A program made the position numbers and the translations under genes. This document shows, piece by piece, positions 52,539 to 63,810 of a stretch of DNA of 64,000 bases (its first letter is position 1; the number at the start of each line of letters is the position of its first letter). The DNA is from Ascidiella aspersa (Eukaryota). The stretch covers positions 24,428,001 to 24,492,000 of the forward strand of contig OZ004611.1 in NCBI GenBank assembly GCA_963924565.1, in the 5' to 3' direction. Below the pieces are notes generated by a model. It was not told the origin of the DNA, ran no database searches, and saw only the letters and a program-made list of their open reading frames with translations.

Positions 52539-54297
52539 TCACTTCTTTCCTTTGTTCACACTCCGAAAGAAACTCTTTTTGGCCGCGTCCACCTTTACCT
52601 CAAGTTCCAAGACCAAGCGACGGAGGGATTCGTTTTCCTTGGTCAGTTGGTAGACTTGATCGTTCAGCCAGTCCCGCTTGCATTTCATCTTTTTCCTGGA
52701 CTCCTTACAGGCGGCGTTGTTTCGCGATCTTTTTAGCGCGTGCCACGGTGATTTTTCTGCTACGGGAGATTTTGATGTGGACGGAATGTCAGCTGTGAGG
52801 TCGACTATCTCGCTGCGAGGCGAAGCGACGTTTTGGGTTTGGATTTTGGCTGGTTGAGTCGCCGATGACGCGGCAGTGTACGGATTGTGTTCCGTATACA
52901 CCTAAATGCGGAAAGCTATTCATAATTTTAAAAGCTATTTCATAAGACTTTTTTTGATACTTAAGCAGTGAAGTGGCTGGGTAACTTGCTTGTTCGATTT
53001 AACGAATTCGCGACTTTTCCGGCAAAAAGTACGGCCGTCCGACCCGCTATAAAATATTTTTATTATCACAGTCAACTAAGATAAATTGATTTTCACGTAA
53101 TTTTGTCAAAATTTCCTAAAAGTTTTGAACGTTAAGCTACTACATCCAGTTGTTAGTTTACTATACTTAACAAATTTCCCAAGAAAGGAATAAATCACAT
53201 CGCAAAACTATGGTTCAAATGCCTATTCAGTATAGTATCAGATTACCATCAGTCAGACGAGCACCGATAGCTCCGCTCGGGTATTTTATTGCCAATATTG
53301 TGCGACATGACATCCCTATTTCCATGTTAGCATCCTATACAAAGGCTTTAAAAGCGTTTAAATTGTCAAGCAATAAAAATGTAGGAAAATGTTTTTGGGT
53401 CTGGCGGACAGTGCCACTGACAATGATCGACTCCGCAGATACGTAAACACGATAAAACATGATGTATTGTACTTTATACTATAAATGCCATTAAATTAAA
53501 TGATGAGAAACCGACAAAAGGTAAGGTTGACAAGCAATAAAAAGCAACAAGTGCTTGCCCTAAAGCCGTATTTTCTGTAATACCGCATGTGGCCTGTTAG
53601 TCATACACTCATAAATCATTATTTTTTAAATGATTTTTTGTAAATGCACTAGAGATACAGAATACCAATGAGCAGTAAACAACTAAACATAACAATAAAA
53701 AGTGCCAGATTACGAACCGTGGCTTAGCCTTAGCCTACCTGTGGCTGTGGAAAAAGGAAATCCTCTAAACAAAATTCAACAAACTGCGTGTTTTGATGCA
53801 TCGCGTCTGCGCAGCTCGATAAACCAGAAGTGGAAATTTTGCCTTGGTTAAGCTTAGCGTGATTTGATCTTTGGAATTGGTCAGTGGGTTTGCTGTTGTG
53901 CAAATCTTGAAACTCTGTATTAAAAAACTTTCGTAGCGTTTTTGCATATTATTAAAATACAGCAATATTTTGCTAAAAATATTTCGTATACAGCAATTCA
54001 GCAGCTACACATTATACCTTGTCTTAAGTATGCTGTACTTTCCATAAATTGCCCTTGCAGAGGTGCCTCCACTTCAATGTAACTGTTGGTCCCGGTTACT
54101 TGAGGTAATTCCCCGTGTAAAAACTCACTTCTAAGTCTTGTGGTCGAACAGCTTGCATCATCAAAAGTTTGCATTTGTTGGGGAGAAAATGCGCTGAAAT
54201 AACTCTCGGTAAACGGAGTTTGCATAGGGGAACTAAACTGATCGTCACATTTTAAGGCTTCAATTGCCTTTTGCAGCGATGATCTACGCCTTTTCAT
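52539..54297 (-). CDS. DDIT3-like: bZIP transcription factor C (short DDIT3/CHOP-like paralogue); exons 54297..54018, 53914..53739, 52901..52539; 272 aa
   Basis: CAAG|GTATAA (phase 1); AATACAG|AG; middle exon open (EFQDLHNSKP...FVEFCLEDFLFPQPQ); CAG|GTAGGC (phase 0); CATTTAG|GTG. bZIP KRSRNNAACKESRKKMKCKRDWLNDQVYQLTKENESLRRLVLELEVKV. Same intron phases as gene B. AATAAA (- strand) at 52471-52476. Confidence 0.85.
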
Positions 54298-54539
54298 AGT
54301 CTAATATTAGCAAAAGCAGATCTACAGTAACTTTTACAGACTTAAAACAAGTTAAACTTTTACAAACATATAACTGAAAAAGCAGTAATTGGTTTTAAAT
54401 TGATATCTCTATAATAGGAATAAAATATTGGAACCTATCTAAAAACTAATCTCTTTTTTTCAAGTAGTTAAATATACAGCATAGCTATCGATGTCTATTT
54501 GCAACTATCAAATGAAACACTATTCTGCCTCACGTTCAG

Positions 54540-55340
54540 AACTGTTGCATCATAAAGCGGATGGTATTGCTCAACAATTAACAAAAAACAAAGTTTTATT
54601 ACAACAGAGAAAACGGTTTTAACTTAGAGTTTCAATATTTTGTTAATATGAACCAACGTCGTTAAGGATACTAAACTAAACTTGATTTTCTAACTTCTGT
54701 CAAATCTTTTTTCGTTTTTTCGAAACTAGCACGTGGTAATTCCCGACATGTGGTTACGCTAAATACTACATTTAGGAGAAATAAAACGTTAAATGATGCA
54801 ATGGTCGTGGGACGCCGGAGCTATTACTGTACTTGCAACCAAAGTTTTAAGGCTAATCTCCTAGGCGTAAGCATATCAACAAACAAAAATCGCTATTCCT
54901 CAATAATTTCGCTTGAAGAACAAGCATGACACGATAGATTTAACTACGAGGCAACTTTTCCGCTGAGTTTTGTGGTTGGAAATTCTCGTTCTCAATACAG
55001 AATATAGAAAATTCGGTAATATCCAAAGTTAACCTATTGAGTCAGCACGTTTTCAAAAACAGGATGAGTGTTTGAGAATCCGGTCTAACGCTATAATGCC
55101 GATAGTTATTTCTGCAAAGCTGCGATAATCGTAGTTGCGAAACTTGTTTATTCTGTTTCGAAATTTAAAGTAGAATTTATTTCAATACCATATAGTTCTC
55201 TACGACTAGTCGACTACCTAACTTTTCTGTTGTGTATAACGTAATGCTAGCAGCAGATTCAACCAATCCGAAGGTATGGACGCCACAAATGATTCTGCAA
55301 AACATCTTTAGTTTCGCCAAATTCAAACATTACGTCATGT
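54540..55340 (-). promoter_or_regulatory. Upstream region of gene C with stress-response motifs
   Basis: TTGCATCA (54545), CACGTG (~54730), TGATGCAAT = ATTGCATCA on - (54794-54802), TGAGTCAGCA (~55038), TTACGTCA (~55330). Confidence 0.45.
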
Positions 55341-56575
55341 CAGAAACTTGTATGTGTTTAAGTGGCGATAGAGTGGCGCAATACATTTGTGCAGGTTTTA
55401 GCTTAGCGGGGTTTAAGCGGATTATGTACGGATATTGTTTTTTTACGGAGTGTACCCGGGGTGGCATAAAAAGTTACCTTGAATAAAAACTGGCCACAAA
55501 ACCACTACACCTATATGTTTTAACGATTCTGTGTTTTTGATTTAAAAGCGCCGATTTTAGTGCAGAGTTGGCAAATAGATAACCCATCACCCAAAAATAA
55601 AAATGCACCAAAATTATTGAATTGCTTAGGCTATAATACAATTCAGGCATTTTTTTCGATAGATGATAAATACAGAGGTAAATGTTTCCTAGGTAAGTTA
55701 GCGATTAACTAAGTTCGTAAATTTGTAACACTATTTTATAAAAAAAATCTTACTGAAAATCAAAAGCTCGTGTTTTTTGTACAGGCACTTATTTACTGTC
55801 ACGTTTTCCGTTATGATTTTTTTCAATTTTACGTGCAGGTCGTGATTGTTTTTTTTTTCTGTGGCTCTGTTTGCCATTTATCGGTACATGTGTCACGATT
55901 GTGAACATTTCGACGTTATTCACCCTAGATTTGTTTTCTGATCCCACGAATAGTAGCCAAAAAACCTCACTTTGAAGTACATTTTTTACAGTTTTATTTG
56001 AAACTTCGATTTTTGCCAAGTAGTACATCGCGAAAAGGCCATTGCAAGATTATGTACATAAACCACATACGAATAAAACGTGAAAGCAATGCTATATTAT
56101 GTTTATAGCAGGGTTTTCGTTTTTGTAATTTTTAGGACGTTTTTTTTTTGTTTTATAAAACTTGCAATGACACAAAAAACGCTGTACACACGCAAAACAA
56201 TCAATCGTTAGTTTGTTCCAACACAAAATTCCTGATAAAAACAGGACCAGCTTTTTGAGGCGTAAAGGCCAATGTTCGCACAGAAGCGAAAAAGAGAAGA
56301 AACGATCAGTTATCAATGCAAAGATATGAACTTCAGCAGAAAGATAGGGGAACGAAGAGATAAATAGCTATAAAAATTGAAACTTTACTACAATTTTACT
56401 AGTAATTGTCAAACAAACGTGCGTGTCAAATAACAGTAACCAACAATTGCCGTTGAAACGTTATTGAAATACCCAAAAATGCATGATACCAATTTATCAA
56501 GCAATCGCCGTGTGAAGAGTCGGAGCCAAGAGAAAAAACATAAGCAAAGTAGTTGCTTTTACTTTCTCCATAATC

Positions 56576-58749
56576 TTAATTTGCGGCGGGTTTCTTGCCG
56601 GTCATACGCTGGAGAAGGGTCTCCCGCGTCTTCTTGACTTCGACCTCGAGATTTGCAATCATCTTTCTCAGGTCAACGTTTTCGGTCGCGAGGCGCTCGA
56701 CTTTTTCCTCAGCTTCCATCTGTTGGGTCTTCTTCTTTTTACGCGACACTTTGCAGGCGGCGTTGTTGCGCGTTCGCTTACGCGTGTAAGAAGGGGTGCG
56801 GGTCATTTCCGGAAAGGTCATTGTTGAGGTGGACGGCGCCTCGCTGGTCAAGTCTATGGTTTCCGCTTGGGCCTCGTCGTTTAATTCTTCCTGGATGTCA
56901 GAAATTTCGACGGTGGACTCAACCACGATGCAGGTGACATTGTTGGATGTCAGTACCTGGATATGCAGAGGTTAATTAAAATACTGCTAGCCATCTTTAA
57001 TAAAAAAAACATAAAAATGCAGTTGCCTATACTAAAACATTCATACACATATCTGTATTTAAAACATATTGACTGTGACTTATTTTGTGTTAGTTGTTTC
57101 AAGTTTAACGTGTGTTGTACTAAATAATTTAAAATGTCCAATATATATTAAATCACTAATAAAAGTTGTTTGACAAAAATGGAATGCGAATAGTTACCTC
57201 TTGTTGTGGAACATGGAGGTTATTGAGCAGGGAATCAATGAGCAAGGTCTGCTGAGGCGCGGAGGTACTTTCTGATATTGTGTAGCTGTCAGAAACAGCG
57301 GCGGCGGTGGTGGTGGAGCAGGTCTCCTCGTTGGTGGTGCTCACAACACTGTTGTTGTTGCTGTTAGTGTTCGCTTCACTTTGCGATTCTAGAATGTAAG
57401 TAAAATGAGTTAGTAAAGGCTGACAACCTATCGCTAACAAAATCAAAACAGTTAACAGCATTCCAAGACAGCACATGCACACATATAATATCGGTATAGG
57501 TTTTTGTTATATTAAGGGTTATATTAACAATAATTTACCAGCTTCTGAGCATCCAACGGCGGCAAAGGTCTCCTGCAGCAGGGCTTCAATGTCGACTTCA
57601 TAGTTCTGATGAGCCGTAGCGTCTTCAGATGCAGATCTTGCCCGATTTGTGTCACTGTGCATTGCAGCCTGTGACAGATCGCTTGGCCAGGAAATGTTTC
57701 TATGTCTCGCCACAGAGGAACTGGGCCCTTCAAATTGGGAATAAGAAGGGGAGGGATGGAGTAGGTATTCACTACCGTCTGTGAACGGAGTCGAGATCGG
57801 GGAATCTTGAAGATCAGTGTCTTCTATTCCAGTGTTACCCAGAACTTCAATAGCCATGCTGAGAGAAGTCTGTCTTCCCATGCAGGGAGCAACGTCAAGG
57901 TTCTTGTTGATTGGGAAAGAGGAAAAGTTTTGCTGGGAAGCAGCAGGGAGGGGAGACATGTGGAGGTCCTCCAACTCACTGTAGGGAGATGGCGCCCAGG
58001 AGCCACTGTACATGCGGGTCCGGTCAGAGTCTGTTTTCTTTCTCTCCGATACAGAGTTCAGATCGTTAATGTTGCCATTGTTCGGGATAAAAGAGCAAGC
58101 CAGGTCGTCAGGGGTGTTCCAGTCCATGTCAGAGTTGTGAAAGTTATCATCTGTTAATATGCAAAAAATTCTTAAAATACATCGAACTTGTGTAACATCA
58201 TAAGTTAAAGTGAAATATCAAGACAAGTAAAATAAAAAAAGCAAACTGTCAAAACGATTAATTTGTTACACTTATTAGTTAATAGGCAACTCATTATTTA
58301 AAGATTGATTTCATGATTACCTGGCATGGCGTTACCCACAATACTGGGTAAAAAGGGGTAAGTGTCCCCCAAGGGGTCCATCCGGTCCTGGATGGGGGAA
58401 GTCGGGTTGAGGGGACTTCCCTGCCCCATAGCGACGTCGCTCTTCAACATTGTAGGTGTTGGCGTGACGCGAGATGCGCTGAGCATTGGATTTCGATGCA
58501 ACCATTCTGAAATGACAAGTGTGGATTATTATAAATAGGCGCATAAATTATGCAAACAGTAACAAGATGTATTCGATGTAAGTAGGGAGAAAGCAACAAA
58601 TTTAAAACCAAACAACGCAAACTCGTCACGTACCTCAAAAAATCAAAGAGGCTTAAACAACAACAGAGTCAGTCACGCGTGCCTAAGTCGTTATTTAAAG
58701 GAAAAAGAGATGTACCAGCAGCGGCGTGCGGTATCCTCTCGTCAATCAT
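56576..58749 (-). CDS. DDIT3-like: bZIP transcription factor B (DDIT3/CHOP-like, intact basic region); exons 58749..58716 (tentative), 58506..58321, 58150..57539, 57388..57198, 56956..56576; up to 467 aa
   Basis: GT-AG joins in phases 1,1,1,0 keep one frame. C-terminal YTRKRTRNNAACKVSRKKKKTQQMEAEEKVERLATENVDLRKMIANLEVEVKKTRETLLQRM. True start uncertain: ATG 58749 via weak donor GTACAT, or ATG 58486 or later if donor GAG|GTACGT at 58634 is used. Confidence 0.87.
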
Positions 58750-58829
58750 GTTTCGTATTTGTCGATTTTGCTACGCAAAGTGTCAGCGAGTCGCTTCCCT
58801 TTAGTCCGACTTCGCTGGTTCTCCACAGC

Positions 58830-59000
58830 AAGTGCCAACAATTAAGGACCCGCGTCCGTATTTATACACACGGGAATCGATCACGTGGGTTCTCTCGTTT
58901 CTTGGCACCCCCCCTTTTTTCTCGCCTGTTTCTCTCGCTTGCGATCCGGCCCGGGCATGCCCGCTGAAGCACGTGACTGTGACGTAAAAGGCGACAACGC
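58830..59000 (-). promoter_or_regulatory. Core promoter of bZIP gene B
   Basis: TATAAATA (- strand, 58866-58859); CACGTG at ~58882 and ~58970; TGACGTAA at ~58980; TTGCGCAA further upstream at ~59469. Confidence 0.6.
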
Positions 59001-60853
59001 GGCGCTTTTGGACAAAACAAGTCGGGAGAGTACCGAAAAGTAAAACACCACAACGCTTAAACACTTATTGCAACAAATTTCAGGATATTTCAAAGATTTC
59101 CAAAAACTTCGTTTTTAACAACCAAGCAAATGAGAAAATGTCTAGGAAAAGTGATTTGATTAGTAATCACATGATTCGATTTAAATTACTTCCCTAAATC
59201 ACATTTTTTTAAAATCATAATATTAATATAAAAATTCAACATTTTTTTACTTCACACAATTAACCAAAAATATCCAACCGAACTCAAAATAGCTTGTCAC
59301 TGCCAGTGCAAAAAAACAGCGCAAAAATTCTTTCTAAATGCCGACGGAAAGACTTGCCGGTTTGGACGGGAGAAACGGGTCGAAACCTGTTTGCGCAGGT
59401 TCAAACTCACACCCACGAAACGCCCCGGCCGGCGTCGCCGCTCCTGGTTACACCACAACAATCAAGTGTTGCGCAATAACCGGCGTATGACGCGCAATAT
59501 CAATCGCTCCTCAAAAGGCGGGAACCATTGGCGTTTGGCGCCTAAATACCACGCGATATGCACACGCAAAGCTTGCAGTCGGGGGTTTCTACGGAACCCT
59601 GGCGTTGCAGCGTCATTGCAAAAAAAACACAAAAATACATATGCGTGGTATGATTTAAGTTTTTTTCGATCTTAATTGTAAAATTTCAATCCTTTTTACT
59701 ACCACAACAAACAAATATACTGGGCTGTTTGTTAATACATCGACGATCACGGTACAACGTGTGCTATCGTACTGCACTCTTTAAAAATGTAGATTATAAA
59801 GTTTGCAGTGGTTGCGTGAAGGCAAAAAAGTATTATCTAGTTTTAAAAAATGTGCTTTATTTTCAGAGTTTAAATAGAATACTAAATCAAACCATCTAAA
59901 GTTTCCCGTCTACCCGCGCCTAAATTCATGACAAAACTACTTTTCAAAGGCTATAAGCATTTGCACGAGTCATTTAAACAACTACTGACATTTTTAATAT
60001 CCTTAAATTTAAATAACTTTATTAGAAAACCACCTTTAAATTGGGCTTTGTTGGCAGGTGGAACAAAGGAAACAAAAGTTCGATATTTAGAAAAAATAAA
60101 TTCTCGAATTTAAACCGGTTTACACTATGGGGTAACTGTAACAAGCAGTTCCTTTAAAATCGTTAAATGGAGAAGCGCATAATTGTACAAGTTACGAAAT
60201 GGACACTTAAAAAAAAAACGAGACCTGCTTTGTAGCCAACCAATGTTTGAAAAGCTCACCTGAATTAATTACTTAGCCTTTCGGCTGTTTAACGACCCGG
60301 TGAGGGAGGTTTGGTAAACTTCAGCGACGCCTAGGCGCACTGAAGTCTCATCATTTTCTTCGAATAGCAACAGCGATAATTACAGCAAATGTTTTGATGG
60401 GACTTAGGCTTAGTGTTATTCATACAGTGGCAGCGCCAACCCATCGAATAAAACCAAGATTTTGAGATTGAAACGTCGTCCGAAAAGTCGTTAATAGTTT
60501 TTGTAAAAATGGGCTCGTAAGTAAAACCGGAAATGGTGCTGGTTGAGACTGAAAACTGGTCAACGGTAGTGCAGCGAATCATCGAAAAACTGTCAAAAGC
60601 CTTGGGGAACCGTCTTTGGGAACACAGAGCTTAGCGACTTGGTAGGACTGGCCACGTAGGAATTTTGCGGCAAAGGGGACTTTCTCAGTACAACAACAAC
60701 AACAGCAAAGTCTAACAAGTTAATATACTCTTATGTAGCTGAAAAATCATTTAATGAGATGTATTAAAAGCCGTATAAAACACAAAGGCTGTGTACCTTG
60801 AAACCAACAAAGGGTAGTATAGCAATAACAAAACAGACCCTAGGTAACTTCTC

Positions 60854-61020
60854 GGCGCTGGTCTAGAATCCTACCACAGTTATGAAATCAACGCACAAAA
60901 TTGAGTTAGGTTGCCGGTTATTGGGTGTGGGTGGGTCAAGTATTATTATATTCTTTATTTAATAATAATACTTGACCCACCTTAACCCAAACGCTTGTGG
61001 TAGGATTCTAGACCAGGGCC
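60854..61020. mobile_element. Merlin-like fold-back MITE
   Basis: GGCGCTGGTCTAGAATCCTACCACA...TGTGGTAGGATTCTAGACCAGGGCC; TSD AACTTCTC / AACTTGTC (7/8); GGGTGGGTCAAGTATTATTA arm. Confidence 0.85.
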
Positions 61021-62864
61021 AACTTGTCGCCTATTGGCAATTATCAGCGTCTAGTTAAACATTAACTGTAACCGTAGCTTTGTAAAAATAGAATACCTCT
61101 GTTTGCTAGTACATTAAACTGCTAACTGTAAACTGCCAAGTGCTAACTACAACTTTTACTTTTGAAAACGTTACAATTCCAATTTCCTAGTAGCTTCGAC
61201 TGTTACCCACTCGCCGACAACCAGGCGCAATGTGACCTCACAAAAGACACGCCGGTTAAAGGGAAAGCAAATGGATGATGCAAGACTACGCAACGCGTGA
61301 CGTCACGAAATCACGAGACAGCGAGCAAAACGACTTTAAAACGACCGCTGCTACAAGGACACGTTTTAATAACCGTACAAATCACTATCTCTATTTTTAT
61401 TACAATACAGTGCTTCTGCAGTTAACGGAATTTAACAAATGCTTTACACAACATTTTAAATTAAAAAACGGAAGTGTGGTTTCTTTTCAGTTTCCACAAA
61501 AACGTTTTCTAATTTTAAAGACAACTGAGGCAATTTAAGAAACGCAGTTAACCCACCCGGGTGTGGAATTTGCTAAATATAAACAAACACAAATTATGTA
61601 GGAATTCATCGCTCAAATCCAAGAAATTAAATAAAACCGTACAACTTACTTAATGCGTAGACATACTATCAATTGCGGTTACAAAAACCCTCGCGCAACT
61701 ATTGTGTTATGCTCGACCCAAAACTACAAATCGTAAAACGTTAAGCAAACGTTTGTCGAACGAAGTGCTTCAGCGCTCGTGATGTCATGGAAAATTCCGC
61801 AGCAATAACAACAAGATGGCGGCACCGCTTCAAATGTGCAAGTCATGCTGCCGAATCGATAAACCACTGCGCGTAGCGAGTAACACGGTTCAATGAACAA
61901 AAAACGAAGCATACCGCAGCAATCAAAAATTAACATCGCTGTAAACCTGCTAAAACCAGTTTGAACAAGCAATTTTCAGCACAAGTCCAAATATGCTGCA
62001 ATAAAAGGCTCCGATAATTGAAATTGCTGCGTTCCAAAATACAGTCAAACCCTACAGATCGACCCAAAACTTAAAACAACAACTGACCATAACAACAACA
62101 ACAAATGGTAAAGCGTTAGCATTCCCAATTAAGTACCGCTAACATCAATAACAAAAATTATTGTTTTCAATGCAGTCAAATGATTGTGAAACAATATAAA
62201 TGTCAGCTGTAACCAAACGTTTTATTTGCAGCAAAAATACAACGCTTTGATATAGGCAAACTGTAAAGTTATGACATTAGCCCACAAACGCTGTAAATGC
62301 TAGAAGTGTTATTATTCCGTTGGAATCTAACATGCTTAAATAATAGGGGTACATGTAACTAGTGATAGCTATTTACCTGTTGTTGTGAAAGTTTCAACAC
62401 AGTCAAAATAAGAAATTTCGGATGAAGTCTGGTTCAATGAAGAATAAATTTCGTTCTCTGAAAAAGTGTTACAAACGTACATTGACAATGTATCCTGTTT
62501 GTAACTTACCATTAATTTAGATTTAGGCTAGATATAGAAAAGGTTAACTTACCACCGTTGATTTGCTGAGAAGAAATTGTTTTCCTTGTGTGAATCCTTT
62601 TGTAGAAATTCGGGATCACTTTGAAAGGTCTTTACACCTGATACAGTTGGCAAAGGTCACCAACTCTCTTGAGCTAGCAACCGAAGTAAACTTAAATACG
62701 TTTCGATCTGGGTTAGTACCGCAGATCGATGAAGCTTCAAAATCTTTTAACAGCTTTTTAGCTGATGTACCTCTATAGCAGTATTTTCGCATGTACTGGC
62801 AAATTCGCAATGAAGATCCGTAGCGTAAATTGTGGCAGGGTTTTCTAGCGTTGTGGTATTGCGC

Positions 62865-62990
62865 CACGGTTGCGCAACACTATTTAGCCGTCGGTTGGGG
62901 ATCTCCCTAGGTCAAAAGCTATTCCCCATTGGCCGGTTTTGTCACGTGGGGTGGCGAACCAATCGGAAGCCAGAAGGCTGAAAGAGCTCG
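62865..62990. promoter_or_regulatory. CCAAT/E-box promoter-like island
   Basis: TTGCGCAA (~62870), ATTGG (~62928), GTCACGTGG (62941), CCAAT (~62959); target transcript unknown. Confidence 0.4.
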
Positions 62991-63810
62991 GGGCTAAATG
63001 TTTTCCCAGTTCACGAATCGTGTTGGCAACGGTTACATCGAAACCAGACAAAGTACTGACCGTGCCTTTTTCGTGATACCGAATTCCGGCAAACGTTCTA
63101 TTTTTGACGCAAACGTGTACAAATGTGTGTGCGGTTACCGGGACACCATAGTACGATCTAACCTTTCGTTAAATTACGGCGTATACCGATCGCTATTTTA
63201 AGAATAAATCACATTCTTTTTATTAAAGACAAGGTACTAGCTGTAACCTGTAAATGTACTTTTCAAATTCCAATTATACTTTGCTTGACTAAATAGACTT
63301 CCAATTATACCTTATTTGACTCGACTTTCAATTATGCCTCCTTGACTAGCTAACCGTTTTAACTAATCAATATTTTTGTTGGGTACTGCAAAAAACTATT
63401 ACATCAAAACAAAAATATAAATAATTGATTGGCGTAGCTACACCAAAACTATGAGAATTTAACCATGTTTTCTTTATGTTTGATTCTGTTTGTCAAAAAA
63501 GTTAGAAATGGAAACTTTTAAAGGCCAACAAGAAACTACCTTGTTTTTTAAAATACGTCATTTCATGTTTGGTGAACGATAATGGTTAATTATCCCTGAC
63601 ATTTTGAAGTGTGGCCTAAAAATTATGCTCAGTCCCCAATTGATAATGTAGGAAAATACATCAAAACCAATAAGCCATTTTTAATAATTCACAACTTTTG
63701 TTGTAAGGAGTGATAGGTTTATCCTTCCTTTTTTAACCTCAACACAAACATATAATATGTACAACAACTTTTATGTTGGCAGAATGATGGCTGGTCTCGC
63801 ATTATATGTG

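Noticed and set aside
62945-62963. Possible ER-stress element (CGTGG-N9-CCAAT)
   Set aside because: The CCAAT box is inverted relative to canonical CCAAT-N9-CCACG, so it is not a true ERSE.
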